Source: Hormiphora californensis (Eukaryota; Animalia; Ctenophora). Taken from it: 64,000 bases of DNA. Below, one piece after another: positions 26,987 to 41,300 of the stretch. The translations under genes and the position numbers were made by a program. The notes under the pieces were generated by a model. It searched no databases, had not been told where the DNA came from, and saw only the letters and a program-made list of their open reading frames with translations. Within the stretch, counting starts at the first letter, position 1, and each line of letters opens with the position of its first letter. The stretch covers positions 5,022,001-5,086,000 of the forward strand of contig CM035359.1 in the NCBI GenBank assembly GCA_020137815.1. The letters run 5' to 3'.

Positions 26987-29900
26987 AAAATACTGTTTTA
27001 GTAAATGATGGTATTGATATTCGTGTTTGGACTGCTCCTAACAAGAGTTGTTGCAGGGGAGATTTCATCGACCGAGTGCAAACCAATAAAAGTAAACGGA
27101 TATCTTCACGAGCAATGTCCCACACCAGACCACCAATCTTACAACCCATGGCCATTTATCAAGTGTCCAAGATCAAACATTACGTACTATTCACATTTTA
27201 GTAGTAGCCCGGGCTCAGATTCTCAGTTCTTTTCCAACGTTTGTCCTTCAGATCCAGGGTTCTACCAGGCATGTGGACACACTGGTGGTACAGCATACAA
27301 AGAACTAGATGGGACGAAATTGCTCTGTGGGACGTTCATTTGCGATGACTCTGCATTCGTAACAGGCGGTATTGACGCCAACGGTGAAAATTATAATAAA
27401 AAATACCGTTGTAAAAGTGATAAATGTGGAAACACTGAACTGAACATGGTCGGATGTAACGATACGGATAATAGCGAAACAGAAAAGTGCAACAATAAAT
27501 GTGCTGATGAAGTTTGCTTAGATGAATCAAATTGTAACGGAGTACAATACGGTATGTGGTGCGAAGAAGGAAACTACGTTCCCCCTTACAAGGTGTGCAA
27601 AACAAACTCGGATTGTTATAATATCGACTGTTTTAATTGGACTGTTACTGATCATACCACCTGCTCGGATACGTGGATTCCCAGGATGCCACAAACTATC
27701 AAAATCCAAGATAACATGAGATGTTTCCACCCTGACGGTTCGGTTTGTGAAAATGGACAAGATCAAACAAACTGCAGTGATCCTGAAAGGGTTGTTATGC
27801 AGTGTCTCTCACAGGGCTTTCCAACTACCATATCCATGTGGGGATATTGCCAGGGATATACACTTTGTGATGACGGGTACAATAACGTCTGTGTTGATCC
27901 AGAACTAGGTTGCAATATTCATAAGGGGCAGCTATGTGATGGACATCCTGACTGCAATAATGGAGGGGATGAAACTTGTACAGATCTTACCAACGTTTCG
28001 TGCATCAGAAGATTTCACTCTCCGAACGTGGAAAAGAACGTCTCCCTACCGATTCCGTTGGAGTGGGTCATGGACGGGCAAGTGGACTGTCTCGATGGAA
28101 TGGATGAAGATGAAACGCAGTGGTTGAAATGCGGAACTGACTACTACACCAAATATCAAGAGTTGGGGACTGAATGCGAGGAAGTTCTTCTCTGTCCTTT
28201 AGAGAGAAACTATATCGACTTGAAAAATCTTTGCGATAGAATAAACACATGCTCGTTTGAGGAAAAGCTGTGTAACGCAGCCCGGCAAACTGATATTGAT
28301 GTAACAAATCTCATCGATACCTTCATTACTAGCCAGGATGAGCATTTTATTCAGCATTGCTTTCCAACCGGAGCTGCAGACCTGGAAACGAAACTTGGAA
28401 AGTGCAACACAGTAGAACACTCTGCTGGAATTGTCAAAACGGTACTGAACGTCCAACAACCCGTGCTCGTAAAGATTCCTGAGAAAAAGGTCGATTGCTC
28501 TTATCTTTTCGGTGCGAACTATGTCTATGCAGCATGCAACAACATCTGTCTAAATGCTGAATGTCCCTTAAAGGAAATCCCTGGAGACACTTGCATAAAC
28601 AAAAATGATTCCGTAGTTCGAGCTCTGGCAGACACTGAAATTCCAAGTACAACGACGCTGATCAAAACTACAAAAGACCCCGGTTTCTACGACAATAAAA
28701 TATTTCCGTGTGATAACAAAGAATGTGTCACCTATCGGGATGTCTGTAACCTTAAAGCAGACTGTGGGGATGGCTCTGATGAGAGGAACTGTTCGAATCA
28801 CTTTGAGTGTAAAGATGCTAGTGGTGAACTAGTGGTCCTATCTCAAGTGTGCGATGGTGTGGTGAACTGCCGTGATTTTTCCGACGAGTGCTCACAACGT
28901 TGTCCCTCTACAAACAAGAACATTTTTGAGAACAGTTTCCTGAGATCTGCAAGCTTCTCTATGGGCATCATTGCAACATCCCTAAACACTGTTTCATTGG
29001 TAAGATCGGTTTGGGAGTTACCCCGACAAAAGACGTATGAAATGTTCCTCAACAAATCGACCATTGTTTTGATAAACCTTGGTGACTTGATGATTGGTAT
29101 TTACCTCCTGCTGCTATCCTATTTTGACTTCATCTACAATGCTGATGGCAACTACTGCGAAGAAAGATACCAATGGTTCAGTTCCAGTGAGTGTTCCTTC
29201 CTTGGAGTCTTGAGTACTACGGGATCGCAACTGTCACTCTTTGCGATGACAATGCTCAGTATCACCCGACTGGCAAACATCGGAAACCTCGTGCAACGGG
29301 ACTTGTTCAGCTATAAGTCAGCTGTCAAGCTTGGGTTGCTGCTAGTTTTCCCTCTACTGGCAAGTGTTTTGATTGCAGTTACACCGATCTTGTCATTCAC
29401 CGAGGACTACTTCGTCAACGGCCTGTACTACAATGGATCCCCGCTATTCATCAGGCCCGCTAGTAAGAGGAACCACTACGCGGTTTTCAAGGAGTATTTT
29501 GAAGGGCGGTCAATCTCGTGGGAGAAAGCCTCGTTCTCCTGGGAAGTTATCCGCTCAACAGTCAAAGAAATGTTTTCATCCGATAATGCAGGTAAATAAA
29601 AAGTTTTTCTTGTGCGTATGCGTGAAAGTCATAAGCTATATTATGTATTAAATGCATCAGAAATCCATAATACGCATTATAATCATACATATTCAGCAAA
29701 AATATCATTTTCAGGGATACCAAGCTCTACCGTCCATTTTTACGGCAATGACGGAGTCTGTGTGTTTAAGTACCTTGTTACCCGTGACGACCCCCAATGG
29801 GTGTTTTCAACATCCATTCTTCTGGTGAACTTCCTGTGTTTCATCTTCATCTTGGTCAGCTATGGGTACATCAACTTTAAAACCCAGCAATCCAGCCGGA

Positions 29901-32900
29901 ATGTGGGAGCTGCTACAGGTAGACAAGGTACGAACAGAGCTCTTCAAGCAAAAATCTCAGCGATAATTCTAACTGATTTTTTCTGCTGGGTTCCGTTGAG
30001 CATTGTTTCATTTCTGCACCTCTCTGAAGCCATAAATGCGTCAACTTGGTATCCCTTCTTTTCCATCCTCATAATCCCCATCAACTCGGTGATCAATCCC
30101 TTGCTGTATGATTCTACTTTCTACTTTGGTCTCTTTTGGGGGCCGGTACAGTTTTTTGGACGAACTGTGAATAGCCTCATAACGGCCCTCCAGACTTCAA
30201 ACGAAATCGAACCGGTTGAAGGAACTCTACCTCACCATGAATCGGCGCTTTGAATGTTGTATGTGATTAACAAATCGTGTTCTTATAACAAGCAGTCATT
30301 AGAAGTCAGACGATACGTCTTTTTGGATTTCTAAACAGAGACCGTTGGAATCCCAATCTATTATAATAACTGTCACAATATTATAGACGTTAAAATTGTC
30401 AGCACTCGAGGAAGTCACTATCCCATAAACAATTATTGTTGATTATGTAAAGCTATACTTATAAACAGATACATCAAGCTAATATATGCTATCTAATGTT
30501 TACAAATCTATCAAGCTAATATATGCGATCTAATCTAATGTTGACGTAAAATAATGTTTATGCAACAAGCTGTAAATGTATCAACTGTATCGAATTAATT
30601 ACACTGCAGTACCTACTGTAGTAAAATTCAATAAGCTTTTTTTCTTGTTAATAATAATAAAACATATAATGTGTGAGAGAGAATAATGGTTGGTTGTCAA
30701 CTAAAAAGCCGTGAGACTTGGTCAGATGAGGAAGACACAAATAACTTGAGAATTCAGCCCAATAAAGCACTTTTAATCAATTAGTTAACTAAATACTTGG
30801 GCACGTCGCACAATCCCCTGTACGTAGCGCCAAACTAAATACTAATAATTTTCTTACCTTGCATGATCACTTTCATGGTAGGACTTGTTTTTGTGAGGGT
30901 CTGTTTAGGTAGGTGCCATGTAATAACCGTCTTGTAGTCCACATTCCTCTCACTATCATTGGGGAGAAAAAGTTAAACAACGTGATGTGTGACAAAGTGG
31001 TTAAGTAGTATGTGACAAAGTGATGTATGACAAAGTGGTTTAAATGTTACAAAGTGGTAATGTGACAAAGTGGTTAGTATTTGGCAAAGTGGTTATGTGA
31101 CAAAGTGTGGCCATCCCAAAGTGGCCCGGTTTGACAAAGTGGTTATATTAGACAAAGTAGAGGGTGTGACAAATTAATTACCTGTACATAATCTGGCTAT
31201 CTGTGTATGTGTCAGAGTCGGAGCTAGCTCCAGACGTTGTGTCAACTGAAGAGGAGTCAGCGTACCAGACGTAGTCGCTGAAAAAAGGGAACAAGCTAAT
31301 GATTGAACCCTGTCAAAACTGTGACAATGATTATACAGTCGGACCCCCATTTACTGGGTTGCTCGGGGAAAATGGTTATTGCCCTGTAAATCAGGGTCTG
31401 ATTTTCCATAACAACTCACTAGGTAACAGCGACTCCGCTAACAACGTTATTGTTGCTCGTCTGAACGGTGAATGTTCCACCGTAACCAGAGATAAGAGAT
31501 GCCGTTACTCCGCTGTACGTGGCGTGGTGGCTCTTGGCGAAGGTGGGCGCGACAACGTCTGAAAAAAGTGTGGTGGAATGGGGATTAATTAACTAACAGT
31601 GCGGTAAGCCCGAGCTTGAGTCGCCTGACACTGTGTCCGTATGAACAATTCAAGTCCGAACTGTGGTAAATCTTGAGAGGGACAGTGTAGCTCCTATCAA
31701 ATACATACCGTATGAGTTGCCCATGGTGATTCGTCCCTCCCAGTTATTTCCCTCCGAGGCTGGGAACTCAACTATACAAGTATACACCTAATGTGGGGAG
31801 CAAGTGCGTTACTAAGGGCGTTACTAAGGGCGTTTCTAAGGGCGTTACTAAGGGCGGCAGTTACTAAGGGGGGGGGGGTTACAGGTTACTTACTAAAGCA
31901 TTTACTAAGAAAATAACATGATCCCCTGCTGTCAGAGCATTGGCCTGACAGATCCCCCGGTAGTTACAGTGCTGCTTGTAGTCGTATTACCGTAATGTAA
32001 ATACAGTAAGGAGACACGCACGTTGCATAACGCACGGCAAAAAGTGCATGTGTTCAGCATGTACTAGCGCCCTGATTGGCCACGGTTGCGCGTCGTCTTA
32101 CTGTATCTCAGTTTTCCATTACCGTTTTCCCACTACTGCAAGCGACCGTGTTACCTTGTGAGTGGCATATCGGGCTGCATTAGGATTCTTGATTGCCAGA
32201 GTGTAAGTCTCTACATTATCAGTTATTGATTTCTTGGAGGTGTAGTCAGCGTTACCGGTGGTTATCTCAGCACTATCTGTGGTGGGGGAGAGGGTTTAGT
32301 AGATCATGAGAGATGGAGCTTATCATAATACTCAGGAGCTGAAAACATCACAAACCAACTACCCAGGGCGGCTCTATAAGCGATCCATCCCTAATTCTCC
32401 TACCCTCTACCACCTCTGATCGGGATAAATATGAGTGCCATTAGAATCCTGAATCCTGATCATCAGATCTCATTCATGCAGTGAATGAATAATGATACTA
32501 TTACAGTCGGACCCCGATTTAACGGCACCCTCGGGGGGAAGGGTTTTGTCCGCTAAATCGGGTTCAAATATGTATCAAGTATAACTTACTGAAGTACCAT
32601 CGTGTCTGGGCGCCATCGTGATATGAGTTGTATCTGCACGTGATCTCGATATCAACACCCTCCGCATAGTGGACTGTATCATCAGGCAATGCCACAACAC
32701 CTGTCTCCATGGAGATGATATTATATTAGGATAATTTATTGGTCAATGTAGTTATTTAATTCAGTAGATGCAACCAATATAATATTATGATTAGATTAAA
32801 AAAAATGATAATATAATATTACATTTAACTGGAAAGATAAAATTACTCACGTTTACTGTAAAGAATGACTTCATTCGATGTTATCGTTTCCACATTAGCA

Positions 32901-35900
32901 GTACTGTCAGTGGTAGCTACCTGATCGTATGTTGCAATGCACTTCACCTGTAAATATGGGAAGTTAGAGGTCTGATTTGAATTGGGGTTTGTATTAGTCA
33001 CAATTAAGTATGGGAAGTTAGAGGTCTGATTTGAATTGGGGTTTGTAACAAAGGGTTAAAGTTTTATGCAACCTTTTAGCCCTTGCCTAGCTAGACTCTG
33101 TTTCGCGCGCCCCACACAAATGTAAAGGAGGGTTAGAACATAACCTTTTAGCCCACAATATAGGAATTTAAACTCACAGATTATATGTAATGCCATCCTT
33201 TACTAACCCACTAACCAATTAAGTAACCCATTAATGAATCAACTCTTTCAATTAATAACCCACAACCGTACCTTTCCAAAGTCTCTTGCTCGGGTAGCGA
33301 CTACGGTGAAAACGCTGTCTGCTCCATCTCCCCCTCCTGTTATTGTACCATGACCTGTCTCTCCATTCACATACCTAGGAGAGAGAAAGAGAGATTGTTA
33401 CATTGAATAATGTGAGAGAAAGAGAGATTGATACATTAACTAAGGCGAGAGAAAGAGAGATTGGTACATTAACTAAGGCGAGAGAAAGAGAGATTGGTAC
33501 ATTAACTAATGCGAGATATCCTAACCATTGATATGTTGGGATGACCCTCGCACCACTGTTCCCCTCAGCAACTCGTGCTCGGCATTTGAACACCGCATTC
33601 TGGTCCTGTTCCACAAACTTGGTAGTCGGCTGCACCTCCATTCCTTGAAGAAGGGGTTATTGTCAGCTTCCTTATTTAAGGCAATATCAATAATGAATGC
33701 CCAAATAAGGTAATTCCCAGGAACCGACCGAAACAAGTAAACAACCAATCAGAATTCGTTATTTAGGTCACGTGACTGGTTATAATCAGCCAATCAGGAA
33801 CCAGTATTTCCTGATTCGGTCGGTTCCTGGTAATTCCCAGATATAATAAAAACTCACGTCCAACATCCAGCCAGACGATCCGCTCGATAGTCTTCTCCAG
33901 TGAGGTCTCCGCGTCACGAACAAAGGTAAAGGTACATGTGTATTTTCCCTCTTCTGTCACAGTTACAGAACTGATATTGAGAGATGTCCTCCATCCCTCC
34001 TGGTCGTTTGTCTGAGGGCAGGGTTAACTGTCAGCTTCCTTGTTAGGTAATTAAAGGTACACCCAGATACGGAACTAAAGAATCTGACAAGTACTAAATC
34101 GGGATCAGATTTTGGTTACGAAGTCACCCCTGTGGGCTTTTGTGGAGGGGTAATTTCATTACCAAGATCAGATCGGTGCTAGGTTTTGTATAAAGGAAGA
34201 CAATAGGGTCACAGCTTGACTGACTTGTCCCACACCCCTTAGTCCTGTATGGCGGCGCCATACCCCATTTGATTCTCAAATGCGCTCAGATGGGGTCGCA
34301 GTGCCACACACCCCGGTTAGTCCACGTGTCTTACCGGGTGAAGGTAGTCAGCAGAGTCCTCATTGTATGTACTACTACTCAGGCTGGTACTTGTCTTGAA
34401 CTCCCTGCAGGGGAAAGTAATAATACAGGGCTGGATTTTAATGAAAACTCAATTGTATCACTTAATCCTTGAATCCATGAGTCACAATGTAATTATTGTA
34501 CCCACCAGTCAGTTCGATCCACCTCAAGAGTTGTGTATTCAAAGAGGTAGCATGCCATGTATGCCATGTCACCCTTCTTTTGCAGCTCATTCTCACTCTC
34601 CATCACTTAGGAAGGGGACATGTGTAATAACACAGGGGTTTATTCGTAAAGGAATGAGTTAAGTTTTAGTTCACTTTAGGACGTAATTAAATAATTTAAA
34701 TGTGATATGAATATCTCACCCAGAACGTCACTTTGAACGGTGTCAGACCAGTCTGATTTAGGGGTACTCCACGTGGAATGAGCGGCAGACAAAGTACACG
34801 TGTAGGTGAGATCGGTAACACCTGTAGTTGGGAGAGAGGGAGAGGGTGGAGGAAGAGAGTGGGGGAGGGAGACTGGGAGTGGGAGATAGAGATGGGAGGG
34901 AGAAAGAGATGTAAAGAGTGGAAGTTGGAGAGAGATAGAGAGTGGAGGAGGGAGATAGAGTAATATAGGGAAAGAGAGATAAAGAGTGAACTGCAGAGAA
35001 GATCCTGATACCTGATGAAGGGAGGTTGAATGTGACTGTGTTGCTCGTCAGTCCGTAGATTGTATTCACGGACAGGCCCGAGGAACTGAAACGAAAATAT
35101 GATCAAAAGGGAAATATCAGGCCTATAATTATAGCACTGGTGTCAGGGAACTCAGAATGGGGTGTGTTATGGCTTAAAGGGAGGGGTGTGTTAGGGAATG
35201 GTGTTAGAAATGTGCTTTATATCATTTAAAAGTTATCTAACGCAACTCGGTCGTCTAGACCATACAATCCACGTGCCATCTGGCATCTATTATATGATAT
35301 ATGTTCTTACAGCAGTAGCTCTTATAGAAGAAGCATTGGCATTCCGCATTGATAATTGCTCCTCCTTGGTCCTTTAGAAAGAAAAAATATCTCTCCCTCT
35401 CCATCTCGATACAATTACTTTCTCGCTTTCTTACTGAGATGCGTGACCTTTCTCTCCCTGTCGATGCAAGCTCTCTCCCCAAAAAATAATGGTTTGCTTC
35501 GTTGTTTTCCTATCTAAATTTAATTCTGCGTATTGTGCTAGCTAGAACTAAACTACACTGTACACGGAATATATGTATAGTAGGAGCGCTTAGATCACGT
35601 GCAAAAGTCGCGTGCCACCAAAAGTTTAGGTTACTGTCACTCCTTTGCTTTGCATCGAATCAAAAAATGACCCTAAAGTTTTTTTAAGATCTCGACAAGA
35701 TCTTTCGAAAACTTGAGGGTTGTTTTTTGATTCGATGCAAAGCAAAGGAGTGACAGTAACCTAAACTTCAGGTGGTGCACGACTTTTGCACGTGATCTAA
35801 GCGCTCCTACTACATAATATGAAAAGGGCGGTAATTCAGGGCACGCCACGAATTTGTGAGCATGGTATCCTTGCATATTCAGAATGCCCTATGTCGTCCC

Positions 35901-37886
35901 TGGCCGGTGCAGCAGGGCTAGTTGTGGTCCCTTCGCCACCAATGTCCTCCTAGAGGTTCCCTCTATCGATTCCAACCGATTCTCATATGTGCTCAAGGGT
36001 GATAAGGCTCCATTTCCGGGTCGGCGCAGTTCCTGTCATTTCAGCCTGAGGTCAAAAACTTAACTACCCTTAGGAAATAGGAGTAGAGACAAAATCAAGG
36101 TCACAGGTGACCCAATAGAAATACACTCAGTGTATTTCTATTGGCTCACCTGTGACCTTGATTTTGTGTCTGACGGTGTAATAAGGTCCAAATGAGGCAC
36201 GGAGTTTTTCTGAATCAGCTTTTCAAGACGAATCCAACGAAACCGGAATTAGCTTTCTATCTTATCGGGAAGGTGTGGTTCACTTTTTTCATTTTTAGCC
36301 GCGTGAGCCAATCAGAGGACTGGATTTCGAAATTCTGGCCTCTGATTGGCTCGGGGGTCCGTGTGCAGACTTGGCGATCGCCACTGTGACGTCTTACCTA
36401 GTAATCACTAGCGACCACATATCTGCGGGACTCTCTATCTGAGTACGACACTTTAGACGGACCTCGATGCTCGATGTGTTAGATCATCCATACCACCGAG
36501 GAGGAGAGATAAGGACCTCAAGGAAGAGAGATGAAAGAGAGGCTTGGCACGCTTGTGGTCAGGTCAGAGCTAATAAGTAATAAGTCATAGCTAATAAGGA
36601 CCTCGACCTTCGATAAACGGCGATTATCTACGCCAATGAGTAGAGTTTGACTGGAAATACATATAAGGGAGAAGTCAGGAGCGTAGATCTACTCTTTGAT
36701 GTAAAAACTACTAGGCGTAGATCTACGCTAAGTTCTATATAAGCGGAAACTTCTCTCTCTCGAGAACAGTTTTGGATCTGAACCAGCCGGAATTGGTTGC
36801 TCTTCTGCTTGAATCTATCAAGACCCTACCTCCTCTATGGACTTCTTTATTATCTGAATAGATAGTATATTTGTAGTACTGGAATCTGATATATGCCAAT
36901 GTTGTTCGATATATTTGGTGGATCCCCTATTCCCAATGTACGTAAGATCCCATCAATCAAGTAGGAAACGTCTTACAAAATGACTAAACATGATGGTGTG
37001 ACCCCCCGAACCTTCCCGGTTAGCCTTTCTACCTAAATTTGGCCGATCATTTTAGGACCTATGTTTCTCCTCACAACACACTTATATAACCCGGCCATTC
37101 GCACATTTGCACACCTCTCTATCTCATCTGTAGCCGATTTTAGAATTTCAAATTGGCGAGATGAAACATTTCTGAAGGAGCACGGATCTCAAAAATTTTT
37201 CATCGACTCCCTTGGATGTTGAGATACAATGATGGAGTCGGTAGTCGCTAGCACCTAGCTGTTTAAAAAATGCCGTTTTGGACTTTTATCGGCGGCCATT
37301 CCTTTAGAAATGCTTCGTAAATGCAAATTCCTGTTTTAGCGTTAGGGGACGATTGGGTCATAGGTGACCCAGCACTTTGAAGGCCTCTGAGAGGCACAAA
37401 ATTTGAAATATCACCCTGGAACTTTACCCCGGGGTAAAATACACACTTTTCTTGCATTTTCCAAGTTCATTTTAACCATACTCTTACCAATTTTGAGAAA
37501 TGGCCATTAAACTACCCATTTTGCCTACCAAATGCACTGTTTTAGCCCTGTTTTCCGAAGTCGACAACGTCAGAGGCTCAAAACGACCTCAAAATGGTAG
37601 AAAAATGTATGTTTCAACCCTGGAAACAATTTTTCAAACATGATCTATAAAGACGCTAAATGGGTTCAAAGTACTGGATCACCTGTGACCCAATCGTCCC
37701 CACCGTCAGACGCTAAATGGGTTCAAAGTACTGGGTCACCTGTGACCTTTTTTCTAAGTATGTTAAAAAATAAAAGTAGATGTCTCCAGAAAGTTTTAGA
37801 GAATTCTGTCTGTTGGGGGTTTATCGTCCCCAAAGGGTTAAAATTTTGTTTCGCTAAGTTTAGAGGAGAGAGAGAGAGAAGGAGAC

Positions 37887-37920
<34 letters not shown>

Positions 37921-38251
37921 GAGAGGAGAGAGAGAGAAGAAGAGACGAAAGGGGGAGAGAGAGAAGGGGGAAGCGAAAGAGAGAGGAGGAAGAGAGAGGA
38001 GAAGGAGGAGGATGAGAGAGAGAGAGAAGAGAAGAGAGGAAGAGGGAAGAGAACCAGAGAGGAAGGAGAGAGGGGAAAAGACCCAGAAAGGGGGGAGCAG
38101 AAGGGAAAGGAGAAAGGGGGAGAGAGCACAGTGCAAACGCTGTGCAGGATGAGGGAGAAGAGAGGCATGGATAAGAATTAAAAGATTCAGTAGATTTTTT
38201 TGGTTGTTGCAACTAAATTACCTTCGCAAGGAAGGAGAGAAAGCAAAAGGG

Positions 38252-38307
<56 letters not shown>

Positions 38308-41300
38308 GAGAGAGAGAGAGAGAAAAAATAAGCGATTATGGGGAAGCGATTGAGGCCCTCAATGAGGGAGGGACAGAGAGGGACTGTTGGGATAAGCAAT
38401 ATTTATTTCTGGGCACATTTTTCTGGGCCATATTTATTACCCACGTTTGGTCGTTCAGTAAAAGGCACCCTGATCTCTTAAAGTGAGAGTGGACCGAATC
38501 AGAATTGGACAAGTTTGGTGTAGGTGGTAGAGATTAGCTTTCTGAGCATTTTGCGTTTTTGCCGCTCAAAATCGACCCACTCATCACTGAGATACTATTG
38601 TTATATTGGGAGAATTTCTGCTGGATCAATATTTATCAAACAGGATAGAAACAATCCTTGTGTTTTACTAACACATTCTTTAAATTTACAATATGCTAAC
38701 TTGCATTGTTCTGCTTCTGTGCATGAACATGTCAACCTCTCTGCTTATATTCAGAATGTGTTAGGAAAACATGACGATTGTTTCTATGCTGTTTTTTACA
38801 TACTGATTAAACAGGAGTTCTCCCAACATAACAAAAATATCTCAGTGATGGGTGGGTCGATTTTGAGCGGCAAAAATGCATTATGCTCAGAGAGCTAATC
38901 TCTACTACCTACAACAAACTTGTCCAATTCTGATTCGGTCCACTCTCACTTTAAGTTTTTAGATGTAAAAAGTTTGACACAGTTGCTGTATTGGAAGTCT
39001 GATTCTTGTCGGGATGTTGGTATTTCTTACTGCGGTCTTGGCAAAAGGTAAAATGGTAACCATTACCAAACAACCATCCCTGGTATACCAGTCTCAAGTG
39101 TTAAATTAGTGTTCGCAAAGAATCTTTTGTTTTGAAGCACTACCTAGTTTTCAGTAAAAATTAGTAGAAAATAGTTAATAATTAATTAGTTAATAATTAA
39201 ACTAGTTTTTAACTCGTTATCTACTAATTTCTACTAAGCATGAGTGCTTCAAAACAAAAGATATTCGCGGTTTCTTTTCAGTTGCTTCGGGCGGTCGAGC
39301 TGCAATGGAAGAGATTACGATAGTGAAAGCAGTTTCCAACAAGACAGACGAACAATTCAAACCAGAGTTTGCTATAGATCGAAACTTCAGTACTATGTAC
39401 TACGCAAAAGACGACCCTCAAACGGGAATCAGGGGAAACTTCCTTTTGCTAACATTAGCTCAAGAGTGTAGAGTGAGTGATGTTAAAATCTACAGTACCA
39501 CCAAACTAGAGAGCGGGCAAGACAACAATATCATCAATACTACTATCTATGCGATTGGGAACTCGGGGGAATTTAACTGTGGCTCCATCGATGGTCAGTT
39601 ATTTTTCTCGATTTAAATTAAAATTACATATAGTTAAACATTGAATTTAAACGATTTTTAATTTTAGTGAACGATGGGGGTGACGAGCAGATCTTTATAC
39701 GTTCCTGCCAGAACATTCTTGCTTCGATGGTAAAACTGAATGATTCTGATACGATTAAAACCAGAAGACACAAGCTCGTAGAGGTGTATGTTTATGGAAG
39801 TTGCAACTTTCAACCTTTAACAGGTAAATGAAAAGACTCGACAGTGGACAGAAATTATATCATCTTACCACAATTAGCTTTCCCTTACTGACGCGACAAA
39901 CCATCTAATCACACTCACAGCTATCAATTACTCTACTCATATCTAAATCCGATCTAATCAAGATATCAATTAGATTAAGAAGTGAAATTAGGGGCTCATA
40001 CATCCTGGAATTTGGTGCCTTGCACATCGATTTTGTAAGGGTATACTAGTAACTACCCGGTAGGTAGTTGTTGGCCTCAGGCTGAAATGACAAGTACCAC
40101 GACCACCCGGAAAACTGTCCCTAAATCTGTGAGTTAGCGCTGTCGCGTAATGTAAGGGATATTCTTATATCAAAACTCACATGGCATTTCCTTGTTCATT
40201 TTTCCAGGAGAGAGTTGAGAGTGATCGAGTTGCAAAGTTCATGTCCCTCACGTAACAGCGGGGTGACACCTCACCACCTTCCTCGTTAGTATCGTGGATA
40301 GGATCAATCGCTGTTGGGGTGTTTAGGGAGTCTTTATAAGGGTGTTTAGGGAGTCTTTATAAGGGTGTTTAGGGAGTGTTTAGGGATTGTTTGAAGAGTG
40401 TTTAGGGATTGTTTAGGGATTGTTTGAAGAGTGTTTAGGGATTGTTTGAAGAGTGTTTAGGGAGTGTTTAGGGATTGTTTGAAGAGTGTTTAGGGAGTGT
40501 TTAGGGATTGTTTGAAGAGTGTTTAGGGAGTGTTTAGGGATTGTTTGAAGAGTGTTTAGGGAGTGTTATAAGGGTGTTTAGGGAGTCTTTATAAGGGTGT
40601 TTAGGGAGTGTTTAGGGAGTGTTTAGGGATTGTTTGAAGAGTGTTTAGGGAGTGTTTAGGGATTGTTTGAAGAGTGTTTAGGGAGTGTTTAAAGAGTGTT
40701 TAGGGAGTCTTTATAAGAGTGTTTAGGGATTGTTTAGGGATTGTTTAAAGAGTGTTTAGGGAGTGTTTAAAGAGTGTTTAAAGAGTGTTTAGGGAGTCTT
40801 TATAAGGGTGTTTAGGGAGAGTTATTCTGAAATGGATCAGGCCATGCTCTAACAATTACACTTAACAACAACTGCTAATAACCAAGGATATATAATTATT
40901 ATAACCAAGTTGCCACTTACTAAAGACATCAACTCCAAAATCAACGTAGCCCCAGCCCCCAGTGGAAGTGTGAGCAGAACACCTGAACGCCTCCTGGTTC
41001 AATTTAATGCCAGTGATCGTGAGGATAGTCTGCTTGCTGAGGGAAGGAAATTGTCATAAAGTTTACATTTTGTCAATTACTGATTGAATCACTAACTTTC
41101 TATTTACTATACCTGAGCAAGTTGTAGGTAATAGCGTAGTTTTCATCGCCAGAATCAGCGATATCCCTGTATTTACCTGAGATTCGGTTGTTTAAGATCA
41201 CGAACGTGGATCAAGTTTTGGTACACAAGCCATTATTATAGTTCACTAGCTGTTGATCAGATCCAAGGCCATATTATAAATTACTACTATAATGTACATA

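Noticed and set aside
26671-27008. Poly-RK, poly-FL and poly-FS ORFs; similar ORFs at 37.6-38.4, 42.2-42.6, 56.6-57.9 and 62.9-63.1 kb
   Set aside because: Translations of microsatellites or tandem repeats.
40208-40218. Possible fourth exon (GES*) for the lectin-like gene
   Set aside because: It overlaps a well-supported host exon on the other strand; read-through to TGA at 39831 is simpler.
40315-40818. Interstitial telomeric repeat (contains TTAGGG)
   Set aside because: TTAGGG is embedded in 12-bp-type units and is never tandem.
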